Assembly: GCA_951406725.2 (NCBI GenBank)
Contig: OX597816.1
Coordinates: 13,392,001-13,456,000 of the forward strand
DNA from: Octopus vulgaris
Taxonomy: Eukaryota
Direction of reading: 5' to 3'
DNA length: 64,000 bases
Shown here: in pieces, positions 1 through 12,060 of the stretch
Position numbering within the stretch: the stretch's first letter is position 1
Layout: every line of letters begins with the position of its first letter
Notes under the pieces: generated by a model
What the model was told of the DNA's origin: nothing
Databases searched by the model: none
What the model saw: the letters and a program-made list of their open reading frames with translations, nothing else
Position numbers and translations under genes: made by a program

Positions 1-409
1 CATATATTAATTTATATCTATCTATTTCCCTGATGAATACATCCTTTCGACCCACACCTCGCAATTCAGCCAGGCATAAGGAGCATTTATTGACAAAGCT
101 TTCTAATGCTGTCTCTCACAATGACCACATTTGATGTTGATATTTCATTAATAGTTTGCAGGATTCTGCCACAAAGTTTATAGAATCAAATCAAAACCGA
201 TGCTGAATAAGATTTCCATTCTATACAATGACAGAATAGTCAGGGGTTGATCTAGTCTTGATAAGTATGTTTCGTTCAAATTATTCTCTTTTCATTGCTG
301 TCGTATTTCGAAGTTAAAATCAAAACGTTCCTTTGTGGTTTTTAGTTGAATGAAATTGGCTATTTGAAAATTTTCTATAATAAGCTTATTTCGCTGCAGA
401 CATTAACAT

Positions 410-801
410 TTCCCCCCTCCTCCTCTTAGTTTTCTTCTATTCTCTCCCTCTTTCTCTTCCTCCTTGCTTCCTCTTTTACTCTTCATTCTCTTCATCATTT
501 TCCTCCTTCTTACCAATGTTTATTGTCATCGTTATCTTCGGCTCAGACTCCACCATCTCCTCCTCCTCCACCTTCTCCTCTTTCTTCTTCTTCTTCTTCT
601 TCTCCTCCTCCTTTTCCCTCTTTTCTTATTCTTATTCACCTCCTCCTCCTTTCTCATCTTCTTTTCTCTTCCTTCTCATACCTCTCCTCCTTCCTCTCAT
701 TTCACTCTTCCTTCTTTTTCATATTCCACACCTCATTCCACTCTCCTTCTTCTTCATCCTCCTCCTCCTTTTCCTCCTCCTCTTCTTCTTCTTCTTCTTC
801 T
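410..801 (+). repeat. Polypyrimidine low-complexity tract, (TCT/TCC)n
   Basis: Near-continuous C/T tract with TCT and TCC runs. Confidence 0.9.
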
Positions 802-1027
802 GTAGTGGTGGCAGTGGTAGTAGTTACCGTCTTTATTTTTAATGTCGACTTCCTCCTTTTCTAGACAATTCTTCATTCTTCTGTCAATAAATGCAACAAT
901 AAAACCGCCGGTTAACCAGTCATCAGAATTTGTTGTGTCAGGATCGGATACAAGGCTTGTGTTGTTTAGTTTTGTTTGGCGAGGGTCAGTTTGTTTCTTT
1001 TGTCCAGATGTTTGTAGTGTTACGACG

Positions 1028-1038
1028 GGAGGAGAAAC

Positions 1039-1071
<33 letters not shown>

Positions 1072-1398
1072 AGAAGAAGAAGAAGAAGGAGGAGGAGGAG
1101 GAGAAGAAGAAGAAGAAGAAGAAGAAGAAGAAGAAGAAGGAGAAGAAGAAGAAGAAGAAGAAGAAGAAGAAGAAGAAGAAGAAGAAGAAGAAGAAGAAGA
1201 AAAAGAAGAAGAAGAAGAAGAAGGAGAAGAAGAAGAAATAGATGAAGAAGAAGAAGAAGAAGAAGAAGATGAAAAAGAAGAAGGAGAAGAAGAAGAAGAA
1301 GAAATAGATGAAGAAGAAGAAGAAGAAGAAGAAGAAGATGAAGAAGAAGAAGGAGGAGAATGAGGAGGAGGAGGAGGAGGAGGAGGGGGAAGAGGAGG
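1028..1398 (+). repeat. Polypurine (GAA)n/(GGA)n trinucleotide repeat
   Basis: About 120 GAA/GGA units with rare GAT interruptions; source of the poly-E and poly-K ORFs. Confidence 0.95.
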
Positions 1399-1401
1399 TA
1401 C

Positions 1402-1640
1402 TGTTGTGTGGTTCCGACTAAACCGGCAACACCTCCAAGCTTGTTTGGTAAGGAGGTAGATTTGGACAGCCTGCAGGATGAAAAGCGGAATCCGTTAAAG
1501 GGCGGAGGAAATCGTACGAGTCAACGGCTAGCCAATAGTGTATATAAAGTGGATTTGACTCCAACGACGAAAAATCTCCGAGCCAAGATCACGGTAAAGT
1601 GAAGTCGTGCGGAGCAGCATGGTGGATGTGAAGTTGGGCG
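1402..1640 (+). mobile_element. Possible 5' UTR fragment of an RTE-clade LINE
   Basis: GC-richer segment (GGTAAGGAGGTAGATTTGGACAGCC...AAAGGGCGGAGGAA...GAGTCAACGGC) resembling recalled RTE 5' UTRs; no ORF follows. Confidence 0.3.
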
Positions 1641-1845
1641 TATTGATCATTGCACGTTTGATTTTTAGTTGACGAAACTACACGGCAATCTGCGCTGAGG
1701 AGCCTCTTTAATCTTTAATCAATAGTCAGTCCAGAGCGAACCTATCTCTGGAGCGAATTACAGCCAGTTGATAGAACTGGCGCAAACGTTAAATTTTCAT
1801 TTTAGTTACATAAAGTTTTCCATTTTCATACGTCAATTGTTATAT

Positions 1846-2259
1846 GTTTCTTTATTACCCACAAGGGGCTAAACATAGAGGGGACAAACAAGGACAGGCA
1901 AACGGATTAAGTCGATTACATCGACCCTAGTGCGTAACTGGCACTTAATTTATCGACCCCAAAAGGATGAAAGGTAAAGTCGACCTCGGCGGAATTTGAA
2001 CGCAGAACGTAACGGCAGACGAAATACCTGTTTCTTTATTACCCACAAGGGGCTAAACATAGAGGGGATAAACAAGGACAGACAAAGGGATTAAGTCGAT
2101 TACATCGACCCTAGTGCGTAACTGGCACTTAATTTATCGATCCCGAAAGGATGAAAGGCAAAGTCGACCTCGGCGGAATTTGAACGCAGAACGTAACAGC
2201 AGACGAAATACCGCTAAGCATTTCGCCCGGCGTGCTAACGTTTCTGCCAGCTCGCCGCC
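1846..2259 (-). mobile_element. SINE family A (tRNA-derived head, GCCTTTCATCCTTTCGGGGTCGATAAA central domain), dimeric form
   Basis: Head GGCGGCGAGCTGGCAGAA with B-box-like GTTCAAATTCC; body and tail duplicated; flanking direct repeat ATACGTCAAT at 1828 and 2262. Confidence 0.9.
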
Positions 2260-3312
2260 TTATACGTCAATGTGTACAATCGTACCTTTTGCCTCGTTAT
2301 ACACAACAATGGAAATGATGTGTGAAATACAATAAGGAATCAAATCGCTTTTATAAGATTTACATATTTTTTTCCACGGTTTCCGTGTCGTTGAATGAGA
2401 ATAAATTAGTATGTCACCATTGCAATCTGTTTCTGCGGTCTCACGAGGTAATTTGCAGAATATTTTAGAGTGCAGAAATTGAAAGAAGCTTAAATTGTTA
2501 TTAAGCGTATGCATGTGTGTGCATTTTTGTACTAGTGTGTATGTGTATGTTCGTATATTTATGCATGTGTGATTGTGTGTGTGTGATTCAAGATGTGAAA
2601 CAATGAAAGCCTGAAATCTTTGTCTTAAATGCTTTATGAGATTACAGTCAGGTTGCAGGGTAAATGAACAGTTGTTTTGACAATTAACTTCCCATTGGAC
2701 GCAGCTGGTTTTCATAAGAATTTTTCTGTCATTAAACGAAACGAAAATCTTCTACAGAACTAAACGCCCTTTTATAGTCGCAGTTAAAAATTATCACAAT
2801 CAAAACTCCTTAATGTCATCTTTTAAAAAATTGAAATATATGAACACTTCACGAATTCTAAAATATATTAATCATTCCTTAAACCCCCAAAGTGTTTATA
2901 GCAATACATAAGGATGAGAAGCATATCTTCGCCATAATGATTTATCACTTATAACTTTCCAAGGATGTGTAGGTGGACATGTTCATTCTTGTGCTAGTTA
3001 ATCAGAGGAAATATGGAATTAAATGGCTTATCCAGAGAAAAGATATAATAATCTGCCAACTTATCGTCTTTATCCATTTCCAAGGATGGTATTAATAATT
3101 CATTTCCTAAAAGCGTCAAATAAAGAGAATGTTATGTAAGAGTAGAAGCATATTTTAAAACATACATACAAATATATAAGTGTGTGTATGTATGTACGTA
3201 TGCACACATATGTATATACATATATAGATGTACAGACATATATGTGTATATGTACGTATCAAGGCACGCGTGCGCACATACACGCGTAGTGTATACATAC
3301 ATACATATATAG

Positions 3313-3420
3313 TTCAAATTTACAGAAAACAAAAGATGAAGACTGATGTAGGAACAACAAGCAGGTGTATTAGGTGTGTTAGTTTAACGCTCCGGAAGAA
3401 AGGAAAAGCCTTTGACGTTC
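3313..3420. mobile_element. Repeat-end fragment, probably Penelope pLTR-type; related inverted fragment at 52160-52203
   Basis: AAATTTACAGAAAACAAAAGATGAAGAC...CAGGTGTAT next to (TA)n; reverse-complement relative near 52170. Confidence 0.4.
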
Positions 3421-3539
3421 CAGCGTGCTAAAGATTCTGCCAGCTCGCTGCCTTTAGAGAGAAGAGAAATAATACAGAGTGACCAGTGGCGTATCTTTTT
3501 AACAACATAGACAAATAAAGGTATATTAAATACCATGTC

Positions 3540-4541
3540 ATTACTAGTTCAAATATGCTTGTGGCTTGTTTGGACTAATAAACACGCCATTCTATGTGTT
3601 TTGACGAGGAGAAAATTTCTCGCTGTTGACAATGGTGTAAATACTACTAGATCATTTTGCAGCGCACCTTTTCCCGTCTGTGAGATGCAGCATTTCGGAG
3701 TTGTTATCTCCTCTTCCGGCACAGACACTTGGCAAACGGCACTGCGAACCGATGGAAGAGAGTGATTCTCTTATACTATTTCTGTTAACGTACAATGGCT
3801 AATAATGCTACGCAGCGGTTCACTGTAAGTAAATTACGAAGCAGGAGCGTCTCAAGCAGTGATATGAATAAATGCAAAGTTACTACCAATTCAAAAATGC
3901 TTGTGGCACTTTGGGACTAATAAACAAGCCATTCCTTATTATGTTTAAATCTCACAACGAGAGATTTTCAGCAATACTACTTTGGAATAAAGATGTTTTT
4001 GCCAGCATTACATGGCAGTCCTGGTTTAGGACGAATGATGCTGTAACTTAGCCCCAGGAGACGTCGTCTCCATCTGGTTATACAATTATTCTGTGCTGAT
4101 GAAGGGAAATAACTCGGAAATCGTAATACACCGATATTGAGTGGGGGTTCTAAATTCCCTAGTTCGAAAATATAAGGACACAGATCGTGTCGTATAGCCA
4201 GTTGGAGACGATGTCTCCTGGGGCTAAACTACAGCAAGATTTGTCCTAAACCAGGATTGCCATGTTATGTTGGTAAAAATCTTTACTCCAAGCCATTCAG
4301 AGAAAAATTCATGGAGAAAAATTCTCGCAGTGCCGCCTGTCTAGTATCTGTAACTGAAGAGGAGATAACTACTGCGAAATGCTGTATCTCACAATCTGAA
4401 AAGGAAGCGCTGCGAACTGATCTACATGTATTTACACCATTGTCAACAGAGACATTTTCCCCATGACAAAACACAGTGAATGGCTTGTTTCTTAAACATT
4501 GCTTTTATACATATCACTTCTTAACACTCCTGCTTCGTAAT
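3540..4541. repeat. Nested inverted-repeat (fold-back) structure
   Basis: Arm pairs 3575-3748/4326-4490, 3833-3935/4478-4541 and 3981-4083/4192-4292; ORFs 3535+ and 4283- are visibly homologous. Confidence 0.85.
4093..4131 (+). ncRNA. Degenerate minimal hammerhead ribozyme motif
   Basis: GTG-CTGATGA-AGGGAAATAACTCG-GAAA-TCGTAA-TA-CAC; stems II and III damaged; downstream sequence homologous to the 16225 and 19545 elements. Confidence 0.4.
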
Positions 4542-4938
4542 ATTAAATAACATTCAACACAAATTCTTGTTTTATTAAAATTATCTTAACCTTTATAGGA
4601 CTTATCATAAGAACCAAATGGGAATGAAGTCTTGCTCTACATGAGAAGAGTGGTAATATCAAGAGTCAAGAATCTAGATTTCTCTAAATTGAACATCCCG
4701 TCCAGGAAAGGGGAACAAGTTTATTTTCAGAGATATGAGGGCAGTTATGAACACATGCTTCTGCCTCAATAGTCACCATTTTAAAACATTAAGTAATGGA
4801 AGTAATTTCTGTTAGACTTCAAGAGAAAAGCAATTTTGGGGGAAGACTAATATTTTGTTTCTTATGAAGTAAATATCGCTAATCCTGACGCGTTTAAATT
4901 GTCGTTGGAAACTGATGAGAAAAATGTAACCGAAATAT

Positions 4939-5147
4939 CGGTTTCAAATTTTGGCAAAAGACTAGTCAGTCTAGCGGGAGAGGGTAAGTAGACCATATCG
5001 ACCCCCAACAGCTACTTAATTTATTAAATCCCGAAAGTATGAAAGACAAAGTTAATCTCAGCGGAATTTGAACTCAGGACGTAAAGACGGACGAAATACT
5101 GCTAAGCATTTTGCCCGGCGTGCTAACGATCCTGGCAGCTCGCCGCC
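4939..5147 (-). mobile_element. SINE family A (tail ending CAAAATTTGAAACC)
   Basis: Family A head and body; 16-bp TSD AATGTAACCGAAATAT at 4923 and 5150. Confidence 0.9.
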
Positions 5148-6104
5148 TTAATGTAACCGAAATATTAGGAAGACAACCACCAGATAAAAAGAAAGGTTTT
5201 CAGCAAGCACTATATCTACTATTTATTTGATTTTTCTCAAGATTTCGTGGAGGTTCTCTGGCGATTATTGACATTTTATTCCTTGTATTTGACTTTTTTT
5301 CTCGCATCATTCGCGACATATATGTTTCTCATATCACAATTTTTTTTTCATAAAAAAGAAATATTCCTCTGTTCTGAGCGATAAACCAGAATAAAGAAAG
5401 AATTTTATAAGAGATTTTGGTTTCACTTTCAGCTTCATTTCTCACTTAGATGTTTCTCATATCATGAAAACTTTTACATGTTCCGCTTTTGTTCCGGTAA
5501 GTACTTCTCCGTTCTAATCTAAAGTTCAGAAATGCAGAACACTTCTCTATCACAAGTTTCTCTTTTATAAAAGCTTTCCCACACATGATACGATATTATA
5601 GTTCTAGAGGCTCTTATAGGATGGGTTGGGTATTTGTTATTATTAATCTATTAATGTATTTTATCATACTTCATATCTAATGTAAAAATGAAACATTCAA
5701 ACAGATTGTTTTTGCTCGATTTCATAGGCATTTGACAGTTCCTTCCTTACCACTTTAAGGATGATTAGATTCATAGAATAAGCAGAGCCCTCTAACTGGG
5801 TTCTTTTACGCACTGGAGTCCTGGATCCTGCTTATATTCATTCCAACAACACATCAAGGAATGTTACATCGTTGTTTCATTTGTATTTCTAGAAGAACTG
5901 GATCGATATTTTTTATGTTCTCTTTCACCCAACTAGCTAGTATTGTTCTGATATCAGTTTGATATAGTTGCTTTTAGGAAAAAATAAATCTAAATAACTT
6001 AAAAATACAACATTAGATGTACTTGCATCGTATTAGTTGGTAGGTATGGTATTCTTAGTTTCGAAGCAAATATTCTTAGTTCGAATCTGACAAAATATCT
6101 CGTA

Positions 6105-6335
6105 GCACACGTAACGACTACGAGGGTTCTAGTTGATCCGACCAACGGAACAGCCTGCCCGTGAAATTAACGTGCAAGTGGTTGATCACTCCACAGACAC
6201 GTGTACCCTTAACGTAGTTATCTGGGAGATTCAGCGTGACATAGAGTGTGACAAGGCTGGCCCTTTGAAATGCAGGTACAAGAGAAACAGGAAAAAAGAG
6301 TGAGAGAAAGTTGTGGTGAAAGAGTACAGCAGAGT
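6105..6335 (-). mobile_element. SINE family C, 3' part (tail type 2)
   Basis: Matches 48824-49070. Confidence 0.85.
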
Positions 6336-6339
6336 TGTA

Positions 6340-6672
6340 CAAAAGCTGGAGTAGTTTGAATGGAAAACCATGCCACCATATTCGCTAGACATTAGCCCAT
6401 CTGGTTATAATTTATCCCGCAGTCTTCAAACTCATTTGGACGGAAAAAATACGAATTCTGTAGACGAGATCGGAACAGTAGTGGAGGAGTATTTTTCCTT
6501 ACGGACGAGTGAATTTTGGAAGAGGGGCCTTGCAAGTCTACCAGATAGAAAGAAGAGCATTTCAAAAGATGAAGGAGAGTATATTTTAGATTTAGAAAAT
6601 ACTTTGTTTATCTTAATTTTGGAAAATAAAAGACGTATTTGAAAACTGTATTGTTTATGGGATGACCCAATA
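6340..6672 (+). mobile_element. Mariner transposon 3' fragment (transposase C-terminus plus right TIR)
   Basis: PPYSLDISPSGYNLSRSLQ is a degenerate HPPYSPDLAPSDYHLFRSLQ; ends TTTATGGGATGACCCAA-TA. Confidence 0.85.
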
Positions 6673-6674
6673 GA

Positions 6675-6836
6675 TTACATCGTACAGAGTGTTTCCCTCG
6701 AACTTATTTTATCGATCCCGAAAGGATAAAAGGCAAAGTCGACCTCGGCGGAATTAGAAGTCAGAACGAGGTGACGCGAGAAATGCTGCTAAGTATTTTG
6801 TCCAGCGTGCGAACGATACCGCCAGCTCTCCGCCTT
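6675..6836 (-). mobile_element. SINE family A, diverged
   Basis: Family A head and central domain. Confidence 0.8.
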
Positions 6837-7330
6837 AAATTAGCAAGTATAAAAAAAGCGGTTAATTATGAATAAATTATAACCCTGGTAATTTTTGTCT
6901 ACGGAATGCTGTTGATAATTCGGTGTACATGGTGTTCTCTAGTGTTCTTAGCGTTGAATGAAATGTTGAATTTGGCAGATTTTATTATAAATCTTTTGTT
7001 TGCAGGGTGGGGTAAGGTATTGGGAGTAGGTGTGCATTTACTCCAGGGAATTTGAAGTGAGAATGCTTGGAGAAGATGAGAGTACTTGGTGATGAAAGTG
7101 CTTCAAGATGTTCTGGGACGTGAGGGGGTTTTAAAATATGATGAGAGGGGTGCATGGCTTTGTAATAATCTGTTAAACAATTGCAAATATTGAATGGGTT
7201 GCCATTATTTAATTACAACAGAATTCTGTGTTATGTAAGGGAGGAGTTGGAATTTTCATCCGACCATCCAGATGTCAGCGATCGTTTCTATAACTCTAAC
7301 ATGCCACACCAACTTGTCCAAAAATGAAAT

Positions 7331-7746
7331 ATCCTTTCTTATTGCCCACAAGGGGCTAAACACAGAGGGGACATACAAGGACAGACAAAGGTATTGAGTC
7401 GGTTACATCGATCCCCAGTGCGTAACTGGCACTTATTTAATCGACCCCGAAAGGATGAAAGGCAAAGTCGACCTCGGCGGAATTTGAACTCAGAATGTAG
7501 TGACATGCGAAATACCTATTTCTTTACTGCCCACAAGGGGCTAAACACAGAGAGGACAAACAAGGACAGACAAACGGATTAAGTCGATTACATCGACCCC
7601 AGTACGTAACTGGTACTTATTTAATCGATATTTAAGGATGAAAGGCAAAGTCGACCTCGGCGGAATTTGAACTCAGAACGTAGCGGCAGACGAAATACCG
7701 GTAAGCATTTCTCCCGGCGTGCTAACGTTTCTACCAGCCCGCCGCC
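7331..7746 (-). mobile_element. SINE family A, dimeric form
   Basis: Two bodies joined at GAAATACCTATTTC (about 7510). Confidence 0.9.
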
Positions 7747-7764
7747 TTTCTGCTATAGGTTCGA

Positions 7765-7958
7765 TGTTTGAAATTATGAGGCAGGGGACTTGTTGATTAC
7801 ATCGACCCATGGGCTCAACGAATACTTATTTTATCGACCCCGAAAGGGATACAAAGCAAAGTCGACCTTAGCGAAATTCGAACATAGATCGTGAAGACGG
7901 ACGAAGAGCCGATAAACATTTTGTCCAACGTGCTAACGTTTCTGCTAATTCAACGCCT
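7765..7958 (-). mobile_element. SINE family A, old diverged copy
   Basis: Recognisable central domain and head. Confidence 0.75.
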
Positions 7959-8011
7959 TTTCTAAATAGGAAATATGAGCAATCGTTTAAGCACACACTA
8001 TTACAATACAC

Positions 8012-8320
8012 GTGGAGGCGTAATGGTCCAGTAGTTAGGGCAGCGAATTTGCGGTCGTAGGGTCGCGGTTTCAATCCCCAGACCGGGCATTGTGAGTGTT
8101 TATTGACCGAAAACACCTAAATCTCCACGAGGCTCCGGCAGGGGGTGGTGGCGATCCCTGCTGTACTCTTTTGCCGCAACTTTCTCTCACTCTTTCTTTT
8201 GTTGGCCTGCTCGCTTAGCCAGCGGGGTGGCGTCATTTAAAGGCTAAAACAATGCGAAGCGCATTGTGACCAGCGATGTGTAGCAATATTTGATAGCCTG
8301 GTCGGTCACGTGATCACGTG
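8012..8320 (+). mobile_element. SINE family C (tRNA-derived, octopus OR-like), tail type 1
   Basis: A box TGGTCCAGTAGTTAGG and B box GGTTTCAATCCC; ends GTCACGTGATCACGTG; 12-bp TSD ATTACAATACAC. Confidence 0.9.
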
Positions 8321-8917
8321 ATTACAATACACACTATTACACTGCACACAGACGCACATATTCTAACATGTTTCCACTGCATTTACTACATATAGTTATG
8401 TGTGTGGTTTTGTATGTATGCATATAATTATATACACATGCATACTTACCTAGGAATACATATATACAAACGAACACGCATTTCTAATGGCTTACATACA
8501 TGAATGTGTGTGGCCGCGTACGTGTGTGATTTTGCGTGCAAGAAAGCCCACAGCTACAACTGCAAGATAAACAACGAGCAAAACGCCCCCCCCCCGTACA
8601 ATGGATGGTGCTGAGTTGTCAAACATTTAAAGCAAATTTTCTCAACACGACTTGTCCGACCGTCCCATAGGCTTTCCCATTTGAGAAACACTGATTTAAC
8701 CTAAATTCGAGACACCAGCAAAAGAAGAATTAAAGATAGGCTTGTTTCTATTTCAAGAAAAACGATTTTACAAATGCACGTTCCCACGGCTTTATCGATC
8801 GCATTCTCCCCTGGAATCGATTTTTGAGCAAGACAGTTTGTTTCATGTTACTCCCGGCCACTTAGCCGGCAAAAATGAGTAGTTCCTCTGAGTAGTACCA
8901 AACTGAGTAGTACCATC

Positions 8918-9045
8918 TGAGAACTACGTTAAGCGTACGTGTATTTATGGGGTGCTCAGACACTTACAGGTTAAGTTGACGAGCTGACTGTTCTGTTGCT
9001 CAGATCAACTGGAACCCGCGTCGTCGTAACCGACGGAGTGCCAGT
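8918..9045 (+). mobile_element. SINE family C tail type 2 fragment
   Basis: GAGAACTACGTTAAG...GTCGTAACCGACGGAGTGCC. Confidence 0.75.
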
Positions 9046-9287
9046 TATGAAGACCAGTTAAAAATCATCCTTCAAAATGGTTGAAATTGAGACAAAAAAT
9101 ATGAGAAACAAAAGAACAGAACCTCTCGAACTGGCGTCAGTCCATTACCACTGGAACTGAGCTTTTAGAAGTCAAAAGGAAAAGAAAAGCTGAAAAAATA
9201 TGTAAGGGTGTTCAGATGTAACAACAACGCCTTCGTTCAAGCTTTCTCTTACCGTTTTCCTTCACGTTTATTTACACAAGCATTGAC

Positions 9288-9594
9288 CTTCCCCACCCAG
9301 CTTATTCCCCAGGTCTTTCTCCTACCGACTACCACTTTTTCAAGCACCTTGATGGTTTCCTGCGAGAGAAGGAGTTCAAAAATCAAACTGATGCTAAAAG
9401 TGCGTACAAAGAGACCATCAGCTCCAGAACTCCAGATTTTTATGTTACCGGAATAAACAAACTTGTAACTCGTTGGCAAAAAATGTGTTGATTGTAATGG
9501 TACTCACTTTGATGAATAAAATTTCCACATTGTTGAAATATATTGTGATGGATTTCATGTTTAAAAACGTTGCTTAATTTTTAGTCAGCCTTAT
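9288..9594 (+). mobile_element. Mariner 3' fragment, cecropia/Hsmar1-like
   Basis: Hand translation LPHPAYSPGLSPTDYHFFKHLDGFLREKEFKNQTDAKSAYKETISSRTPDFYVTGINKLVTRWQK/CVDCNGTHFDE* (one frameshift), then a TIR-like end. Confidence 0.9.
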
Positions 9595-9789
9595 AGAATT
9601 TAACAGATACGAGAAATAACCGACTATAGAGATGATGAGGGCATATTTTATGCACACATATGTGTCCGTCTATGCACGTGTGTGTTTCTGTGTGTGTGGG
9701 GGTCTGTCTGTCTGTGTGTCTGTGTGCGTGTGTGTGCACGCGTGTACTTCAGTGTATGTGAATAATCAAGTAACTGTCTTTATATTTTA

Positions 9790-10418
9790 TTATTTACTTG
9801 TCCCAGCCATTGGATTGCAGCCATACTGGAGCACCGCTTTGAAGGACTATCGTCGAACGAATCGAGTCCAGTACTTATTTTTTACAACTGGCACTTATTT
9901 TATCGGTTCTTTTGTCGAACTGCTAGGTAAAGGCAGCAAACCAAACCAAAATCAGTTGTCAAGTGTGAGGCGTGTGAAAATCATAGACACAAAGACACAC
10001 AGACATAAGGCCTTCCACATAGTTTCCTTCAACAATATTCTCTCACAGGAGGGCGGCGAGCTGGCAGAATCGTTAGCACGCCGGGAAAATGCATAGCGGT
10101 ACTTCGTCTGTCGTTGCATTGTGAGTTCAAATTCCACCATGGTCAACTTTGCCTTTCATCCTTCCGGGGATCGATTAAATAAGTACCAGTTACGCACTGG
10201 GGGCGATGTAATCGACTTAATCCCTTTGTCTGTCCTTGTTTGTCCCCTCTATGTTTAACCCCCTGTGGGCAATAAAGAAATAAATATTCGCTCACAGGGC
10301 ATTGGTTGCCCTGGGCTATAATAAAAGACTCTGGCCCAATGTGCTGTACAATGAGGTTGAACCCAAACCCGAGTGGTTACAAGGCGAGTTTCTTAGCCAG
10401 ACAGCCATTCCTGCGCCT
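9790..10418 (-). mobile_element. SINE family B, diverged, interrupted by a SINE A insertion
   Basis: Tail CTGGAGCACCGC at about 9827 and head remnant at 10330-10418. Confidence 0.75.
10051..10282 (+). mobile_element. SINE family A nested in SINE B
   Basis: Full copy with 16-bp TSD AATATTC(T/G)CTCACAGG. Confidence 0.9.
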
Positions 10419-10423
10419 TATAT

Positions 10424-10652
10424 ATTTCTTTATTACCCACAAGGGGCTACACACAGAGAGGACAAACAAGGACAGACAAACGGATTAAATTGATTATATC
10501 GACCCCAGTGCGTAACTGGTAATTAATTTGTCGACCCCGAAAGGATGATAGGCAAAGTCGACCTCGGCGGAATTTGAACTCAGAACGTAACGGCAGACGA
10601 AATACGGCTACGCATTTCGCCCGGCGTGCTAACGTTTCTGCCAGCTCACCGT
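10424..10652 (-). mobile_element. SINE family A
   Basis: Full-length copy, inverted relative to 10051-10282. Confidence 0.9.
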
Positions 10653-11084
10653 CTTTCCTACGCCTTATACATGACCAACGTTGTCGGAACAATAACAGTT
10701 TATGAAGTTGTTCTTATCTTAGTTGTTATTGTTATCAGAATGTAATATGCAAATATACAAATGTACCAGCAAAATTAAAAGAAAATAAAACCACAAAGGA
10801 TAAACGAGAACTGTTATTCTATATCTCTCCCATAAAAATATTACAATTGACGTATTATTTTGAATGCGTAGAGACAGCCATTACAACCATTACTAGCTTG
10901 CTTCTCGTACAAAAGCAGGACGATAGTCATTTGATTAATGAAAATACCGAGCATGTAGTGAACATAGGTACAGTCATATATATATATGATATTTTATATA
11001 GATATATAATGTATTATATATATATATGAATGTATGTATATATGTGCATATATATATATATATAACATATATATATATTATATA

Positions 11085-11408
11085 CGGGCAAGTGTCTTCT
11101 ACTATAGCCTCGGGCCGACCAAAGCCTTGTGAGTGGATTTGGTTGACGGAAACTGAAAGAAGCCCGTCGCATATGTGTATATATATATGTATGTGTGTGT
11201 ATATGTTTGTGTGTCTGTGTTTGTCCCCCCAACATCACTTTACAACTGATGGTGGTGTGTTTATGTCCCCATAACTTGGCGGTTCAACAAAAGAAACCTT
11301 TAGAATAAGTACTAGGCTTAAAAAGAATAAGTTCTGGGGACGATTTGCTCGACTAAAGGCGGTGCTCCAATATGGCCACAGTCACATGACTGAAACAAGT
11401 AAAAGAGT
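11085..11408 (+). mobile_element. SINE family B, 5'-truncated
   Basis: GGGCAAGTGTCTTCT...internal (TA/TG)n...GACTGAAACAAGTAAAAGAG. Confidence 0.9.
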
Positions 11409-11439
11409 GTATATATATATAGATGTATATATGTAGACG

Positions 11440-12060
11440 TTATTTAAAAGGTTTTCATTTTCAAGCTCAAAGCTGAGAAAAGTAATAAGGAGGATACAGG
11501 AGGCAGCCGACAAAACCAGCTTCTATATATGGCGAAAACGAGAAGACCCAAAATAGCTCGAAAGCCATAACATACCGACTGGGTGAGGCTGGCTGGCACT
11601 TAAACAGCATCGCTGATTGGCAGGTGGACCAAGGTAGCGATCTCGTTCATTGCGTGGCCTCCTCCTCGTTTGAAGGTTTGTACCACCAAACAGCTGGTTG
11701 GCTCTGGCTGCTGGAACAGAAACTAACACGATACTGTTGGAAGATTGGTTTAGAGAGAGCGCGAGCTAAAACGACGAGTCCTTCCCCTTCATTGGTCAGT
11801 TGAAGATTAGATAGTGTCACGTGACAGTTAGCTGGTTCTCGCTGCTGGAGTCTGCCGGCGAGTATTTAAGGGCAAATATGGAAGGATGGTCATTTGCCTT
11901 CTGACATTCGATGATGCTGCGTCGAAGAAACCAAAGAACAAAAAAAAAAGAGAAAGAAAAAACCTGAAAGGGTGGGGGGTGCCTGCCACCTCATAAACGG
12001 TAGAGGAGCAGGGGTCGGAACCGGACTTAGTTCCTCCTGATGATGTCTTTAGCCACTGGA
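11440..12060 (+). mobile_element. HERO-like (RLE-type) non-LTR retrotransposon, ORF C-terminus and possible 3' UTR
   Basis: 11440-11556 reads LFKRFSFSSSKLRKVIRRIQEAADKTSFYIWRKREDPK*, like the HERO C-terminal EAAExASxWxWxRRxD motif; 3' extent uncertain. Confidence 0.55.

Noticed and set aside
60-330. Minus-strand KCSLCLAE, like a Penelope GIY-YIG C-terminus
   Set aside because: Only a short motif with stops nearby
842-1363. Poly-Glu and poly-Lys ORFs
   Set aside because: Translation of the (GAA)n tract; open in several frames because it lacks stops
8012-8085. tRNA-like sequences with A and B boxes (also 12711, 40028)
   Set aside because: SINE heads that continue into SINE bodies; no proper cloverleaf
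11734-11940. TG...CA segment resembling a solo LTR
   Set aside because: No target site duplication
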